Origin: Nitrospirota bacterium | Lineage (GTDB): Bacteria > Nitrospirota > Nitrospiria > SBBL01 > JAADHI01 | NCBI GenBank assembly: GCA_029261165.1 | Contig: JAJDBV010000045.1 | Location: 13,271-77,270, forward strand | Length of the DNA stretch: 64,000 nucleotides | Direction of reading: 5' to 3' | Part shown: piece after piece, positions 7,454 through 15,719 of the stretch | Position numbering within the stretch: position 1 is the stretch's first letter | How the letters are laid out: each line of letters starts with the position of its first letter | Made by a program: the position numbers and the translations under genes | Notes under the pieces: generated by a model | The model's database searches: none | What the model was told of the DNA's origin: nothing | Seen by the model: only the letters and a program-made list of their open reading frames with translations

Positions 7454-8576
7454 CCCGATCCGGGTGATGATTGTTGATGACTCCGTCGTGATTCGCCGGG
7501 CGGTCACGGATGCCCTCTCCAAGGATCAGGAGGTTTGTGTTGTGGGAAGCGCACAGAATGGAAAAATCGCTCTGGAAAAAATTCCCAGCCTGAATCCGGA
7601 AGTCCTCATCCTCGATATCGAGATGCCGCTGCTAGACGGCTTCGGCGTCCTCCGGGCCCTTCGCTTAGATCTGAAGAAGATTCATGTGATCATGTTCAGC
7701 ACCTTGACCCAGCGCGGTGAGGAAAAGACGATGAAGGCTCTCACGCTTGGTGCACATGACTATGTTCCGAAACCAACGACGACAAAGGGGATTGGATACC
7801 ATGAAGTGACCAAACTTATTGGGGATGAACTGATCCCGAAGATCAAGCAGTTTCGCCCTGCGGCTCCCGTGGCACCATCAAGACCAGCACGTTCTGCCGC
7901 ACCCGGATCACGGCCTTCCGTGGCACCGTCGAGGCCGGCGCGTCCTGCTGCACCCGGATCCTCTTCCCTTTCCCAAAAAAAGGCGCTGGCCGGCATTCTA
8001 AACGTGGTCGCGATCGGTATATCGACCGGAGGACCCAATGCTCTGATCTCGTGTCTTCCAAAACTAAAGAAAGGCTTTCCTGTTCCTATTTTGATTGTAC
8101 AGCACATGCCGCCGCGTTTCACAAAACTGTTGGCCGACCGCCTGAATGTCATTTCTGAAATTACCGTGAAGGAAGGAGAGGAGGGTGAAGTCGTCGTTCC
8201 GGGAGTGGCGTATATTGCGCCTGGAGACTATCACATGGTTGTGCGGAAGCAGGGAGATGCCCGTGTCCTGGTCCTGAATCAGCGTCCGCGGGAGAACTCC
8301 TGCAGACCTTCGGCGGATGTCCTCTTCCGTTCGGTGAAAGAGGTATATGGTCGACACGCCCTGGGTGTGATCATGACAGGAATGGGACAAGACGGTCTGG
8401 AAGGATTAAGAGTGATGAGCGGCAATGGTTCTCCCGTGGTTGCCCAGGATGAAGAGAGCAGTGTCGTATGGGGGATGCCGGGGGCCGTTGTCAATGAGGG
8501 TTTGGCCGACAAGGTTGTTTCCCTGGATCAGATTGCGGAGACCATCGCGTCCTGTTTCAGTGGCGTATTTGTTTAG
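7443..8576 (+). CDS. cheB: Chemotaxis methylesterase/deamidase CheB (receiver + CheB catalytic domain)
   Basis: Receiver 'IRVMIVDDS...VLILDIEMPLLDG...DYVPKP'. Esterase domain 'VVAIGISTGGPNAL' and 'GVIMTGMGQDG'. The ATG at 7443 overlaps the upstream cheY stop by 11 nt and is preferred over 7401. Confidence 0.9.
   Translation: MARDPIRVMIVDDSVVIRRAVTDALSKDQEVCVVGSAQNGKIALEKIPSLNPEVLILDIEMPLLDGFGVLRALRLDLKKIHVIMFSTLTQRGEEKTMKALTLGAHDYVPKPTTTKGIGYHEVTKLIGDELIPKIKQFRPAAPVAPSRPARSAAPGSRPSVAPSRPARPAAPGSSSLSQKKALAGILNVVAIGISTGGPNALISCLPKLKKGFPVPILIVQHMPPRFTKLLADRLNVISEITVKEGEEGEVVVPGVAYIAPGDYHMVVRKQGDARVLVLNQRPRENSCRPSADVLFRSVKEVYGRHALGVIMTGMGQDGLEGLRVMSGNGSPVVAQDEESSVVWGMPGAVVNEGLADKVVSLDQIAETIASCFSGVFV
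7869..7970 (+). repeat. Tandem 51-bp duplication encoding the Pro/Ala-rich CheB interdomain linker
   Basis: Copy 1 (7869-7919) encodes VAPSRPARSAAPGSRPS. Copy 2 (7920-7970) encodes VAPSRPARPAAPGSSSL. Five consecutive codons differ only by synonymous third-position A/G changes. Confidence 0.85.
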
Positions 8577-8597
8577 AAAAATTTAGGAGGGGAAGGT

Positions 8598-9434
8598 GTG
8601 ATTTCACCGGAAGCAGTCCAGTTTTTCCTGATGCTCCTACGGAAAGAGAGCGGCCTGGCATTAGACGAATCTAAAAAATATCTTCTCGAGACGCGACTCG
8701 AACCGCTTGCCGCTCAGGAAGGATATGCTTCCATCAATGACCTCTACATGGCGGTAAGAAATACAAATAACAGCTTGCTCCGCCAGGAAGTGGTCGACGC
8801 GATGACGACCAACGAGACCTCATTTTTTAGAGACCGGATGCCCTTTGATATTTTTAAAAATGAGGTGATCCCGGACCTGATCAAAAGGAATGAAAGGAGT
8901 CGCCGGATTCGGATCTGGTGTGCCGCCTGTTCGACAGGGCAGGAGCCTTATTCCCTGGCGATGGAACTGGCTTCAATGAGCGCAAAAATGCCCGGCTGGA
9001 ACATAAAAATACTTGGAACTGACATCACAGAGGCGGTCTTGAAGAAGGCACGCGAAGGGACATATTCTCAACATGATATTCAACGCGGTCTTCCCACTCC
9101 TTATTTGATTCGTTTTTTCAAACAGTCGGGGATGAATTGGGTCTTGAATTCCGACCTGAAAAGGATGGTTGAGTTCAAACGGCTGAATCTTCTTTCCAAT
9201 TTCTCGTGGATTGGACAATTCGATATTGTCTTTTGTCGGAATATTCTGATTTATTTTGATGTAGAAACGAAAAAAACGGTGATCGGACGTATCGGAGGTG
9301 TACTCGCTCCGCATGGGGCACTTTTTCTAGGGGGGTCGGAGACCCTGCTGGGGATAGATAATCCTTTTGTCCGTGCGGGAGGAATGAAGGGAAAATACTA
9401 CCATTTAAACGGGGCACCGGCGCCAGTGCGTTGA
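8598..9434 (+). CDS. cheR: Chemotaxis protein methyltransferase CheR
   Basis: 278 aa with 'TNETSFFRD', 'IRIWCAACSTGQEPYSLAM' and 'FDIVFCRNILIYFD'. The GTG start is preceded by GGAGGGGAAGG. Confidence 0.9.
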   Translation: MISPEAVQFFLMLLRKESGLALDESKKYLLETRLEPLAAQEGYASINDLYMAVRNTNNSLLRQEVVDAMTTNETSFFRDRMPFDIFKNEVIPDLIKRNERSRRIRIWCAACSTGQEPYSLAMELASMSAKMPGWNIKILGTDITEAVLKKAREGTYSQHDIQRGLPTPYLIRFFKQSGMNWVLNSDLKRMVEFKRLNLLSNFSWIGQFDIVFCRNILIYFDVETKKTVIGRIGGVLAPHGALFLGGSETLLGIDNPFVRAGGMKGKYYHLNGAPAPVR

Positions 9435-9461
9435 GGTTCCTTCAAAAAGGAGAAGTGTAAT

Positions 9462-9842
9462 ATGCCTGATCTAAAGATAAAGATTTTAATCGTGGACGAT
9501 ATGTCCACGATGCGGAGAATCATCAAAAATGCTTTGAAACAATTAGGCTATGAAAACATGGACGAGGCTGAGGATGGCCAGGTGGCCCTAGGGGCGATCA
9601 GGGAACGCACGCCAGACCTCGTAATCAGTGACTGGAATATGCCGAACCTGGATGGTTTGGGACTTTTGAAAGAGATTCGGAGTGACGCAAATTTAAGTAA
9701 GCTTCCGGTATTGATGGTGACGGCTCAGGCTGAGCAAAAATATGTACTTGAAGCCATCAAGGCGGGCGCAACCAACTATATTGTGAAGCCATTCACGGCC
9801 GAAATTTTAAAGCAGAAGATCGAAAAGATCTTCCCGGAGTAA
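9462..9842 (+). CDS. cheY: Chemotaxis response regulator CheY
   Basis: 126 aa with 'ILIVDDMSTMRRI', 'DLVISDWNMPNLDG', 'PVLMVTAQA' and 'NYIVKPFT'. Confidence 0.9.
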   Translation: MPDLKIKILIVDDMSTMRRIIKNALKQLGYENMDEAEDGQVALGAIRERTPDLVISDWNMPNLDGLGLLKEIRSDANLSKLPVLMVTAQAEQKYVLEAIKAGATNYIVKPFTAEILKQKIEKIFPE

Positions 9843-9864
9843 ACGGCAGACGGGAGGCAAGACA

Positions 9865-10248
9865 ATGAAGGCTGAGATAAATCTTAGAGCGTTTACTAGG
9901 ATCAGGACAAAAGTCTCATTGGATATTTGTCTTAAGGGGTCTCGGAAGAAGCAGACGGGATATACCCAGAATGTCAGTATGAACGGATTTGCAGTTGAAG
10001 GGCTCCCACCCATTCCGCTTGGGGAGATCATTGATGTCGTATTCCATATCGGAGGTCTGGACAGCGGGGTAAAAGTTGAGGTCACGGCTCGGATTTCCAA
10101 TATTGTGGGACATCGGATGGGTGCCGAAATTATCTCTCACCTGACGGTGGAGAGCTACAACCATCTTCAGAAACTTGTGCTTTATCGTTCCGGTGATGGG
10201 GCGGAGTTGATTGAGGGAGAGATCGCGCGTCAAAAGGAAAAGTCATGA
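9865..10248 (+). CDS. PilZ-domain (c-di-GMP-binding) protein
   Basis: 127 aa. It has both halves of the PilZ signature: RxxxR ('RAFTR') and, about 24 aa later, (D/N)xSxxG ('NVSMNG'). Confidence 0.75.
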   Translation: MKAEINLRAFTRIRTKVSLDICLKGSRKKQTGYTQNVSMNGFAVEGLPPIPLGEIIDVVFHIGGLDSGVKVEVTARISNIVGHRMGAEIISHLTVESYNHLQKLVLYRSGDGAELIEGEIARQKEKS

Positions 10249-10273
10249 GAAAAGAGAAACAAGGAGAGAATCG

Positions 10274-10936
10274 ATGAGTATGAATGAAAATCCCGATTTG
10301 GAAAAAAAGAATCTTCAAGACTTGCTCAAGACCGCAAAATCCATGGCTTCTGATGAGAGTCAATTTGTCAGAAGGACGAACGGCCGGCTCTACGGAGAAG
10401 TTGGCGAACTGGCCAAGTATCTGACCGAGATGATGAAAAAAATGGGGTCCGCAGAGCTTTCAATGGGGCAGACGGCTGAAGATATTCCCAAGACCTCGGA
10501 TCAATTAGACGAGATCATTCGGATGACGGAAGAAGGGACACATCGCGTGATGGGACATGCCGAAGACGTCATGAACAATCAGGCACTTCTGATCCAGAAA
10601 ATTGATAGGTTGAAAGAGGGAAAGACCGTACCGGTCGAGAAAGTCAGCGATATGAAAAAATTAGTGGAAGAGAATCAGAAGAAGATGATGGATCTCTTCA
10701 CCTCCTTAGAATTTCAGGATATTGCGGGGCAGCGGCTCCAAAAGGTTGCATTACTGATGAAGGAAATCCAGGGACGGATCTTGAAGTTAGTGGTCGCTTT
10801 CGGCCTGGAGTCAAAAAATTCAAATGGTTCTGAAGACAAACAACAGGTCTTGCTGAAAGAACTCGATGAGCTGAGCTCGGCAAAGCGGCTTGATCAGAAC
10901 TTGATTGACGATATTCTGGGAGAGTTTGGATTTTGA
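10274..10936 (+). CDS. cheZ: CheZ-like CheY-P phosphatase
   Basis: The motif 'LEFQDIAGQRLQKV' matches the CheZ active-site helix (Asp-x3-Gln). The ATG at 10274 is preceded by AAGGAGAG. Position is immediately after cheY and pilZ. Confidence 0.7.
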   Translation: MSMNENPDLEKKNLQDLLKTAKSMASDESQFVRRTNGRLYGEVGELAKYLTEMMKKMGSAELSMGQTAEDIPKTSDQLDEIIRMTEEGTHRVMGHAEDVMNNQALLIQKIDRLKEGKTVPVEKVSDMKKLVEENQKKMMDLFTSLEFQDIAGQRLQKVALLMKEIQGRILKLVVAFGLESKNSNGSEDKQQVLLKELDELSSAKRLDQNLIDDILGEFGF

Positions 10937-10980
10937 GTGGGGGAGTCAGGACTTTATTTTAAAGTGTAGGTGATCGCGTT

Positions 10981-11745
10981 ATGGACATAGCAACACTATT
11001 AGGACTTGTTACTGCGGTGGGTTTGGTTCTTTTTGGAATCCTGTCCGGAGGGAGTCTCATGATTTTTTGGGATTCTGCATCCGCCGCGATTGTGATTGGC
11101 GGGACAATTGGCGTGACTTTAATCAATTATCCTCTGAAGGACATCCTGGGCCTTATCCTGATCGTAAAAAATGTTTTTCTTCATAGCCTACAGACGGCTT
11201 CGGAATTGATCACTTCGCTTGTTGACCTCGCGGGCAAGACCCGGAAGGGGGGTGTGCTGTCGATCGAGCCGGAAATAAAAAACATCAAAGATAACTTTTT
11301 TTCAAAGGGGCTTCAAATGCTGGTCGACGGGATTGAAGTTAATTCAATTCGGTCGGTGATGGAGAAGGAGATCGACTATGTCGGGGATCGACATAAGCTC
11401 GGAGCGGAAATCCTGATGACCCTGGCAACGTTTGCGCCGGCATTGGGAATGATCGGAACCTTGATCGGCCTGGTTCAGATGCTCCAGGAACTGGACGATC
11501 CAAGCAAGATTGGCCCGGCAATGGCCATCGCCCTGATCACGACTTTTTACGGAGCGCTCATGGCCAACCTCTTCTTCATGCCGATGGCCGGAAAGTTAAG
11601 AAAGAGGAGCAAGGAAGAAATGCTCGTGAAGGAATTGATCCTGGAGGGGGTTCTTTCGATCGCATCGGGGGAGAATCCAAGGGTGATGGAGCAGAAACTT
11701 CAGGTTTTTCTTTCTCCCAAAGAACGCAAAATGTCCGAAGAATAG
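10981..11745 (+). CDS. motA: Flagellar stator protein MotA/PomA
   Basis: 254 aa, four TM segments. Conserved C-terminal half 'LGMIGTLIGLVQML...GPAMAIALITTFYGALMANLFFMPMAGKL'. Confidence 0.9.
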   Translation: MDIATLLGLVTAVGLVLFGILSGGSLMIFWDSASAAIVIGGTIGVTLINYPLKDILGLILIVKNVFLHSLQTASELITSLVDLAGKTRKGGVLSIEPEIKNIKDNFFSKGLQMLVDGIEVNSIRSVMEKEIDYVGDRHKLGAEILMTLATFAPALGMIGTLIGLVQMLQELDDPSKIGPAMAIALITTFYGALMANLFFMPMAGKLRKRSKEEMLVKELILEGVLSIASGENPRVMEQKLQVFLSPKERKMSEE

Positions 11746-11955
11746 GTCAACCGCCGATGGCTAGCGCGAGACCCATCCGCGTGCAATATTGCGTTATCGG
11801 CCTTCGTTGGCTCCTCAACGTACGAAGAGTACGCCTCGATCGCCAAGAAGACCTCTGGCCTTGTCTTGCACACGAATTGACGGTTTACCATTCCGCTTCG
11901 GTGAATCTTGGGAAATAATCTCATGAATAGAAGGAACCAAGGCTGGGGGATTTAG

Positions 11956-12657
11956 TTGGCACGGAAGAAAGCAGAAAAAGAGGCGGATACAGGCGCGGGT
12001 CTCATGGTGATGATGGTCTCGCTCAACCTGATCCTTTTGATCTTTTTCATCTTTCTCAATTCAATCGGTGCGAATGATGGTGAGCGGGTGAAGAAAGCAC
12101 TCGGGTCCCTGGCGGGTCGATTCGGTCTCCTGAGAGGCGGTGCCCATCTGATGCCCGGAAAAGAGGTCCTTCTTCCCGGAGCCCCTGTGGCCTCTCCGGA
12201 GATGAACAACGTCGATTTGGCCCGTGAAATCAGGGAGATGCTTGCCGAACGTGAATTGCAGGGCAACATTCGTTTGGTGGTCGATGGATCTAACCTTGTC
12301 ATTGGTTTAAGTGACAACCTCCTCTTTTCCTCCGGGAGCGCCACCCTTCACGCCGGGGCGGATCCTGTACTCGAAAAGCTTTCAGGCCTGTTGAATAAAT
12401 TCAGCGCTCCGATTCGGGTCGAAGGGCATACTGACAATCGGGAAATTTCCACTGATCAATATCCTTCCAATTGGGAGCTTTCCGCCGCACGGGCGATTTC
12501 TGTGATGCGGCACCTCGTTGAAGAGAGGCAATTTCCTGTGAGCCAACTCTCTGCGGTCGGATTTGGAGAATACCGGCCCCTGGTTCCAAATGACAGCACC
12601 TTGAACCGGACCAAAAATCGCCGTGTGAATATTGTTGTGATGAAGGGAAGCGGATAA
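11956..12657 (+). CDS. MotB-like OmpA-domain protein lacking the conserved TM aspartate
   Basis: A single N-terminal TM 'LMVMMVSLNLILLIFFIFL' contains no acidic residue. C-terminal OmpA/MotB peptidoglycan-binding domain 'RVEGHTDN...SNWELSAARAISV...NRRVNIVV'. TTG start, with an ATG alternative at 12004. Confidence 0.7.
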   Translation: MARKKAEKEADTGAGLMVMMVSLNLILLIFFIFLNSIGANDGERVKKALGSLAGRFGLLRGGAHLMPGKEVLLPGAPVASPEMNNVDLAREIREMLAERELQGNIRLVVDGSNLVIGLSDNLLFSSGSATLHAGADPVLEKLSGLLNKFSAPIRVEGHTDNREISTDQYPSNWELSAARAISVMRHLVEERQFPVSQLSAVGFGEYRPLVPNDSTLNRTKNRRVNIVVMKGSG

Positions 12658-12690
12658 GCATGCGATCTAATCGAGAGCTGGGTAGATAAG

Positions 12691-13374
12691 ATGGCGGGCA
12701 GAGGTGATGACGACGATGTAGAGATGGACCCCAATGCCTGGATGGCCACCTTTTCCGATCTGCTGAGCCTTCTTCTGACTTTTTTTGTGCTGCTCTTCGC
12801 AATGAAATCGGTTGATGAGGGAAAATTGGAAGAGACCTTGAGCTATTTCAGAATGGGGGGGATTGGCATCCTGGAGTCGGGAGATTTCATGCCGATCATG
12901 AAGGAGAGAAGTCCGGAGATCAAGAAACAGATCATACCCATCTCTGCGGGGGACCTCAATAATATTCTCAAGAAAAAAAATCTGGGTGAAAAGGTCGTTG
13001 CCTCCTCCCAACGGAAGGGGCTCGTGGTTGCGCTTCCCAGTGCCCTTCTTTTCGATTCCGGAACAGCCGATCTCAATTCGGGTGCGGATGAAGTTTTGAC
13101 AGAAATAGTAGACCTTCTGGAAATGACCAAGTTTAATTTCGAGGTTAGGGGACATACCGATGATCTTCCCATATCGAGTAAGCGCTATGCCTCTAATTGG
13201 GATTTATCCATTGCCCGCGCCGGCAAGGTCCTCAGAGTCCTGACCGACACCGGCAGGTTGGCCCCGGACCGTTTTTCAATTGTAGGTTACGGTGCATCTA
13301 GACCCATTGTAAAAAACAATACACCCGAGAACAGGGCGGCCAATCGAAGAGTCGAGATTATGCTGCTGGAGTGA
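12691..13374 (+). CDS. motB: Flagellar stator protein MotB
   Basis: The TM 'WMATFSDLLSLLLTFFVLLF' carries the conserved Asp (equivalent to E. coli MotB D32). OmpA-like domain 'VRGHTDDLP...SNWDLSIARAGKV...NRRVEIML'. Confidence 0.8.
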   Translation: MAGRGDDDDVEMDPNAWMATFSDLLSLLLTFFVLLFAMKSVDEGKLEETLSYFRMGGIGILESGDFMPIMKERSPEIKKQIIPISAGDLNNILKKKNLGEKVVASSQRKGLVVALPSALLFDSGTADLNSGADEVLTEIVDLLEMTKFNFEVRGHTDDLPISSKRYASNWDLSIARAGKVLRVLTDTGRLAPDRFSIVGYGASRPIVKNNTPENRAANRRVEIMLLE

Positions 13375-13405
13375 GAGAAGGTTCGGTAATGGCAGGGAGG
13401 ACAAT

Positions 13406-14701
13406 ATGGAAAAGAAAGACAACAGGCCGGGTGCGGTGACGGGTTATAAGGAGCAGGGATCTGTGGATGACCAAAATACGGTCTTTATCGGACGACAACC
13501 GATTCTCGACAAACGCCACAGGATCATCGGTTTTGAATTGCTCTTTCGTTCTGCCGACAGTTTGGATGCCAACGTGATTGATAACACCGAGGCCAGTGTG
13601 AGGACGATATCCAACTTTCTGAATATTGGTCTTCAGGATCTGATTGGAAAGCGGGAGAAGGGATTTCTAAATGTCGGGACGGAGGTTTTGCTGAGTGATA
13701 TCCTGGAACTTGTTCCGAAAGACCGGGTGGTCATCGAACTCCTGGAAACAATAGAGGTCAATCCTGAGGTGATCTCCCGCTGCCGGAAGTTAAAGGCAGA
13801 GGGATATTCCCTGGCCCTGGACGATTTTATATACGAACCTGCTTATGATCCCCTGCTGGAGATCGTCGACATCGTGAAGGTCGATATCTTACAGATGACG
13901 CCGACTTCAATGCGTGAGACGGTGGATCGACTGAAACGATACCCTGTGACTTTATTGGCTGAAAAAGTGGAGGACCAGAGCCAATATGATGATGTTCTTT
14001 CCTTGGGATTTGATCTCTTTCAAGGATATTACTTCGCAAAACCGACCCTGGTGACCGGAAAACGACTTGATCCCTCTCGGGTGGCGGTTCTTAAGCTCCT
14101 TGAGCAGGTTCTGGTTGAGACGGATGTGGGAGAAGTAGAGCGGACATTCAAGGAGAACCCGCATTTCACCTACAACCTTTTACGGATTGTCAATTCTGTC
14201 GCCATGGGGGTACGGCAAAACATCGAATCGGTCCGGCAGGCGATTGTCCTGCTGGGTCGGGATCAGATCAAGCGCTGGGCGCAATTACTCTTGTTCTCCG
14301 ATAAAAATACGTCCGGAAGTGTTAGCCCCTTGATGCAAACTGCGGCGAAGCGCGGTCGTTTGATGGAACTCTTGGCGGAGGAGTCCGCAAACAACGGTCT
14401 TTCCAGAGGGGTTGTTGATCTGGCTTTTATGACGGGGATACTCTCTTTAATTGATGCCCTTCTGGGCAAGCCCTTGGAGGAGGTCATTGCAGAACTCAGT
14501 CTGGCAGAAGAGGTTCAGGCGGCCTTGCTCACACGTGAAGGAGAATTGGGGAAGCTTTTGATGCTCACAGAAAAGCTGGAGCAGGGAGAATTCGATGACA
14601 TTCTGACCTTATTAGAGGGGAGTTGTCTAGAATTGGGCCACCTCTTCGCGGCGGAACAAAAAGCAAGTGCCTGGACGAATAGATTGGTCGATTCTTTTTA
14701 A
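13406..14701 (+). CDS. EAL-like + HDOD two-domain c-di-GMP signalling protein (YuxH/COG3434 type)
   Basis: EAL-family landmarks 'GRQPIL', 'FELLFR', 'FLNV', 'ELLETIE', 'ALDDF', 'VKVD', 'LAEKVE' and 'FQGYYF'. The C-terminal HDOD-like region has 'LLRIVNSVAMG...LLGRDQIKRW'. Confidence 0.8.
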   Translation: MEKKDNRPGAVTGYKEQGSVDDQNTVFIGRQPILDKRHRIIGFELLFRSADSLDANVIDNTEASVRTISNFLNIGLQDLIGKREKGFLNVGTEVLLSDILELVPKDRVVIELLETIEVNPEVISRCRKLKAEGYSLALDDFIYEPAYDPLLEIVDIVKVDILQMTPTSMRETVDRLKRYPVTLLAEKVEDQSQYDDVLSLGFDLFQGYYFAKPTLVTGKRLDPSRVAVLKLLEQVLVETDVGEVERTFKENPHFTYNLLRIVNSVAMGVRQNIESVRQAIVLLGRDQIKRWAQLLLFSDKNTSGSVSPLMQTAAKRGRLMELLAEESANNGLSRGVVDLAFMTGILSLIDALLGKPLEEVIAELSLAEEVQAALLTREGELGKLLMLTEKLEQGEFDDILTLLEGSCLELGHLFAAEQKASAWTNRLVDSF

Positions 14702-14712
14702 GGAAGCCGGGG

Positions 14713-15345
14713 ATGGATAGTGACGAGACATTTATAGGGCGGCAACCGATCCTGGATCGCAATGAGAACGTTGTGGGTTTTGAATTGCTGTTCCGTTCCG
14801 GCGATTGTCCGGAGGCCAATGTGACAGACGTCACTCAGGCCAGTATCAGTGTTCTTTTAAACTTCCTCGGCAATCAGGATATGCAAGAGAGGATTGGGCT
14901 GAAGAAGAAAGGGTTCCTAAACGTCGGGATGGATCTCTTAATGAGTGATATGATCGAACTCATTCCGAAGGACCGGATGGTCGTCGAGTTGTTGGAAACG
15001 ATCGAGATAGATCATACCGTCATTGCGCGTTGCAGGGCACTGAAGGCGATGGGCTTCCACCTTGCCCTGGACGATTTTGTTTATGATCCGGTATACGATC
15101 CGCTCCTCGACCTTGTTGATATTGTAAAGATTGATCTTCTGGAAATTGCGCCATCGGATGTCCAGGAGACGGTGGCCCGTCTGAGTCAGTACCCAGTGAC
15201 CTTGTTGGCTGAAAAAGTAGAGGGCCCCAGCCAATATGAGGATGCCCAGACAATGGGTTTTGCGTTGTTTCAGGGATATTATCTTGCCAGACCGACAAAC
15301 ATCTCCGGAAAACGTGTTAATCCGGCCTCGCTTGCCCTGGGCTGA
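14713..15345 (+). CDS. Stand-alone EAL-like domain protein, tandem paralog of the N-terminal half of the preceding gene
   Basis: 210 aa, colinear with residues about 25-235 of the upstream protein ('FIGRQPILD', 'GFELLFRS', 'KGFLNVG', 'ELLETIE', 'LALDDF', 'PVTLLAEKVE', 'FQGYY'). It stops exactly where the upstream protein continues into HDOD. Confidence 0.75.
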   Translation: MDSDETFIGRQPILDRNENVVGFELLFRSGDCPEANVTDVTQASISVLLNFLGNQDMQERIGLKKKGFLNVGMDLLMSDMIELIPKDRMVVELLETIEIDHTVIARCRALKAMGFHLALDDFVYDPVYDPLLDLVDIVKIDLLEIAPSDVQETVARLSQYPVTLLAEKVEGPSQYEDAQTMGFALFQGYYLARPTNISGKRVNPASLALG

Positions 15346-15383
15346 GTCGGTCCCTTCCTCGCTTACAGAGAGAGGAATAATCA

Positions 15384-15719
15384 ATGCAAAACATCCCCTT
15401 GATTCTGGCTGCGCCGGGCATGACCCTTGCCAAGGCGGTGATGCGGCCAGATAGTGAAAGCCGGATGCCGATCTGCGGTGCCGGGACCGCCTTAACCGAA
15501 CTCCTGATCGAACGCTTGGATCAGATGGGGATCGCGTCCGTGCTCGTTGAAGGACATCCGGTATTGATCGAAGGGGAGAAAACACCCGAAGCTGAGATCA
15601 AGGCGCTCGATCATCGCTTCAGACAGGTTTGTGAAGACCCGCTCATGATTCGGCTGAAAGAAATCTATAAAGACCGGCTTATTCGCTTGTCAGAAGAGTG
15701 GCATGCAAACGAAGCGTGA
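15384..15719 (+). CDS. Small hypothetical protein
   Basis: 111 aa, no TM. The 'PGMTLAKAV...GTALTELLIERLDQMGIASVLVEG' pattern resembles N-terminal modules seen ahead of HD-type c-di-GMP proteins; this is a weak, by-eye resemblance. It overlaps the next gene by 17 nt. Confidence 0.45.
   Translation: MQNIPLILAAPGMTLAKAVMRPDSESRMPICGAGTALTELLIERLDQMGIASVLVEGHPVLIEGEKTPEAEIKALDHRFRQVCEDPLMIRLKEIYKDRLIRLSEEWHANEA

Noticed and set aside
11757-11930. 57-aa ORF (MASARPIRVQYCVIGLRWLL...) in the motA-motB gap, and the 74-aa minus-strand ORF at 11700-11924.
   Set aside because: Neither has an RBS. Both have Arg-rich, non-protein-like composition and are below the size where coding can be argued without conservation data. 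The gap is kept only as an unexplained non-coding region.
14938-15585. 215-aa minus-strand ORF across the EAL-only gene. Similar antisense ORFs occur at 12667-13155, 3999-4661 and 55982-56662.
   Set aside because: They are antisense to well-supported genes, with Arg/Ser/Pro-rich, low-information translations typical of shadow ORFs.
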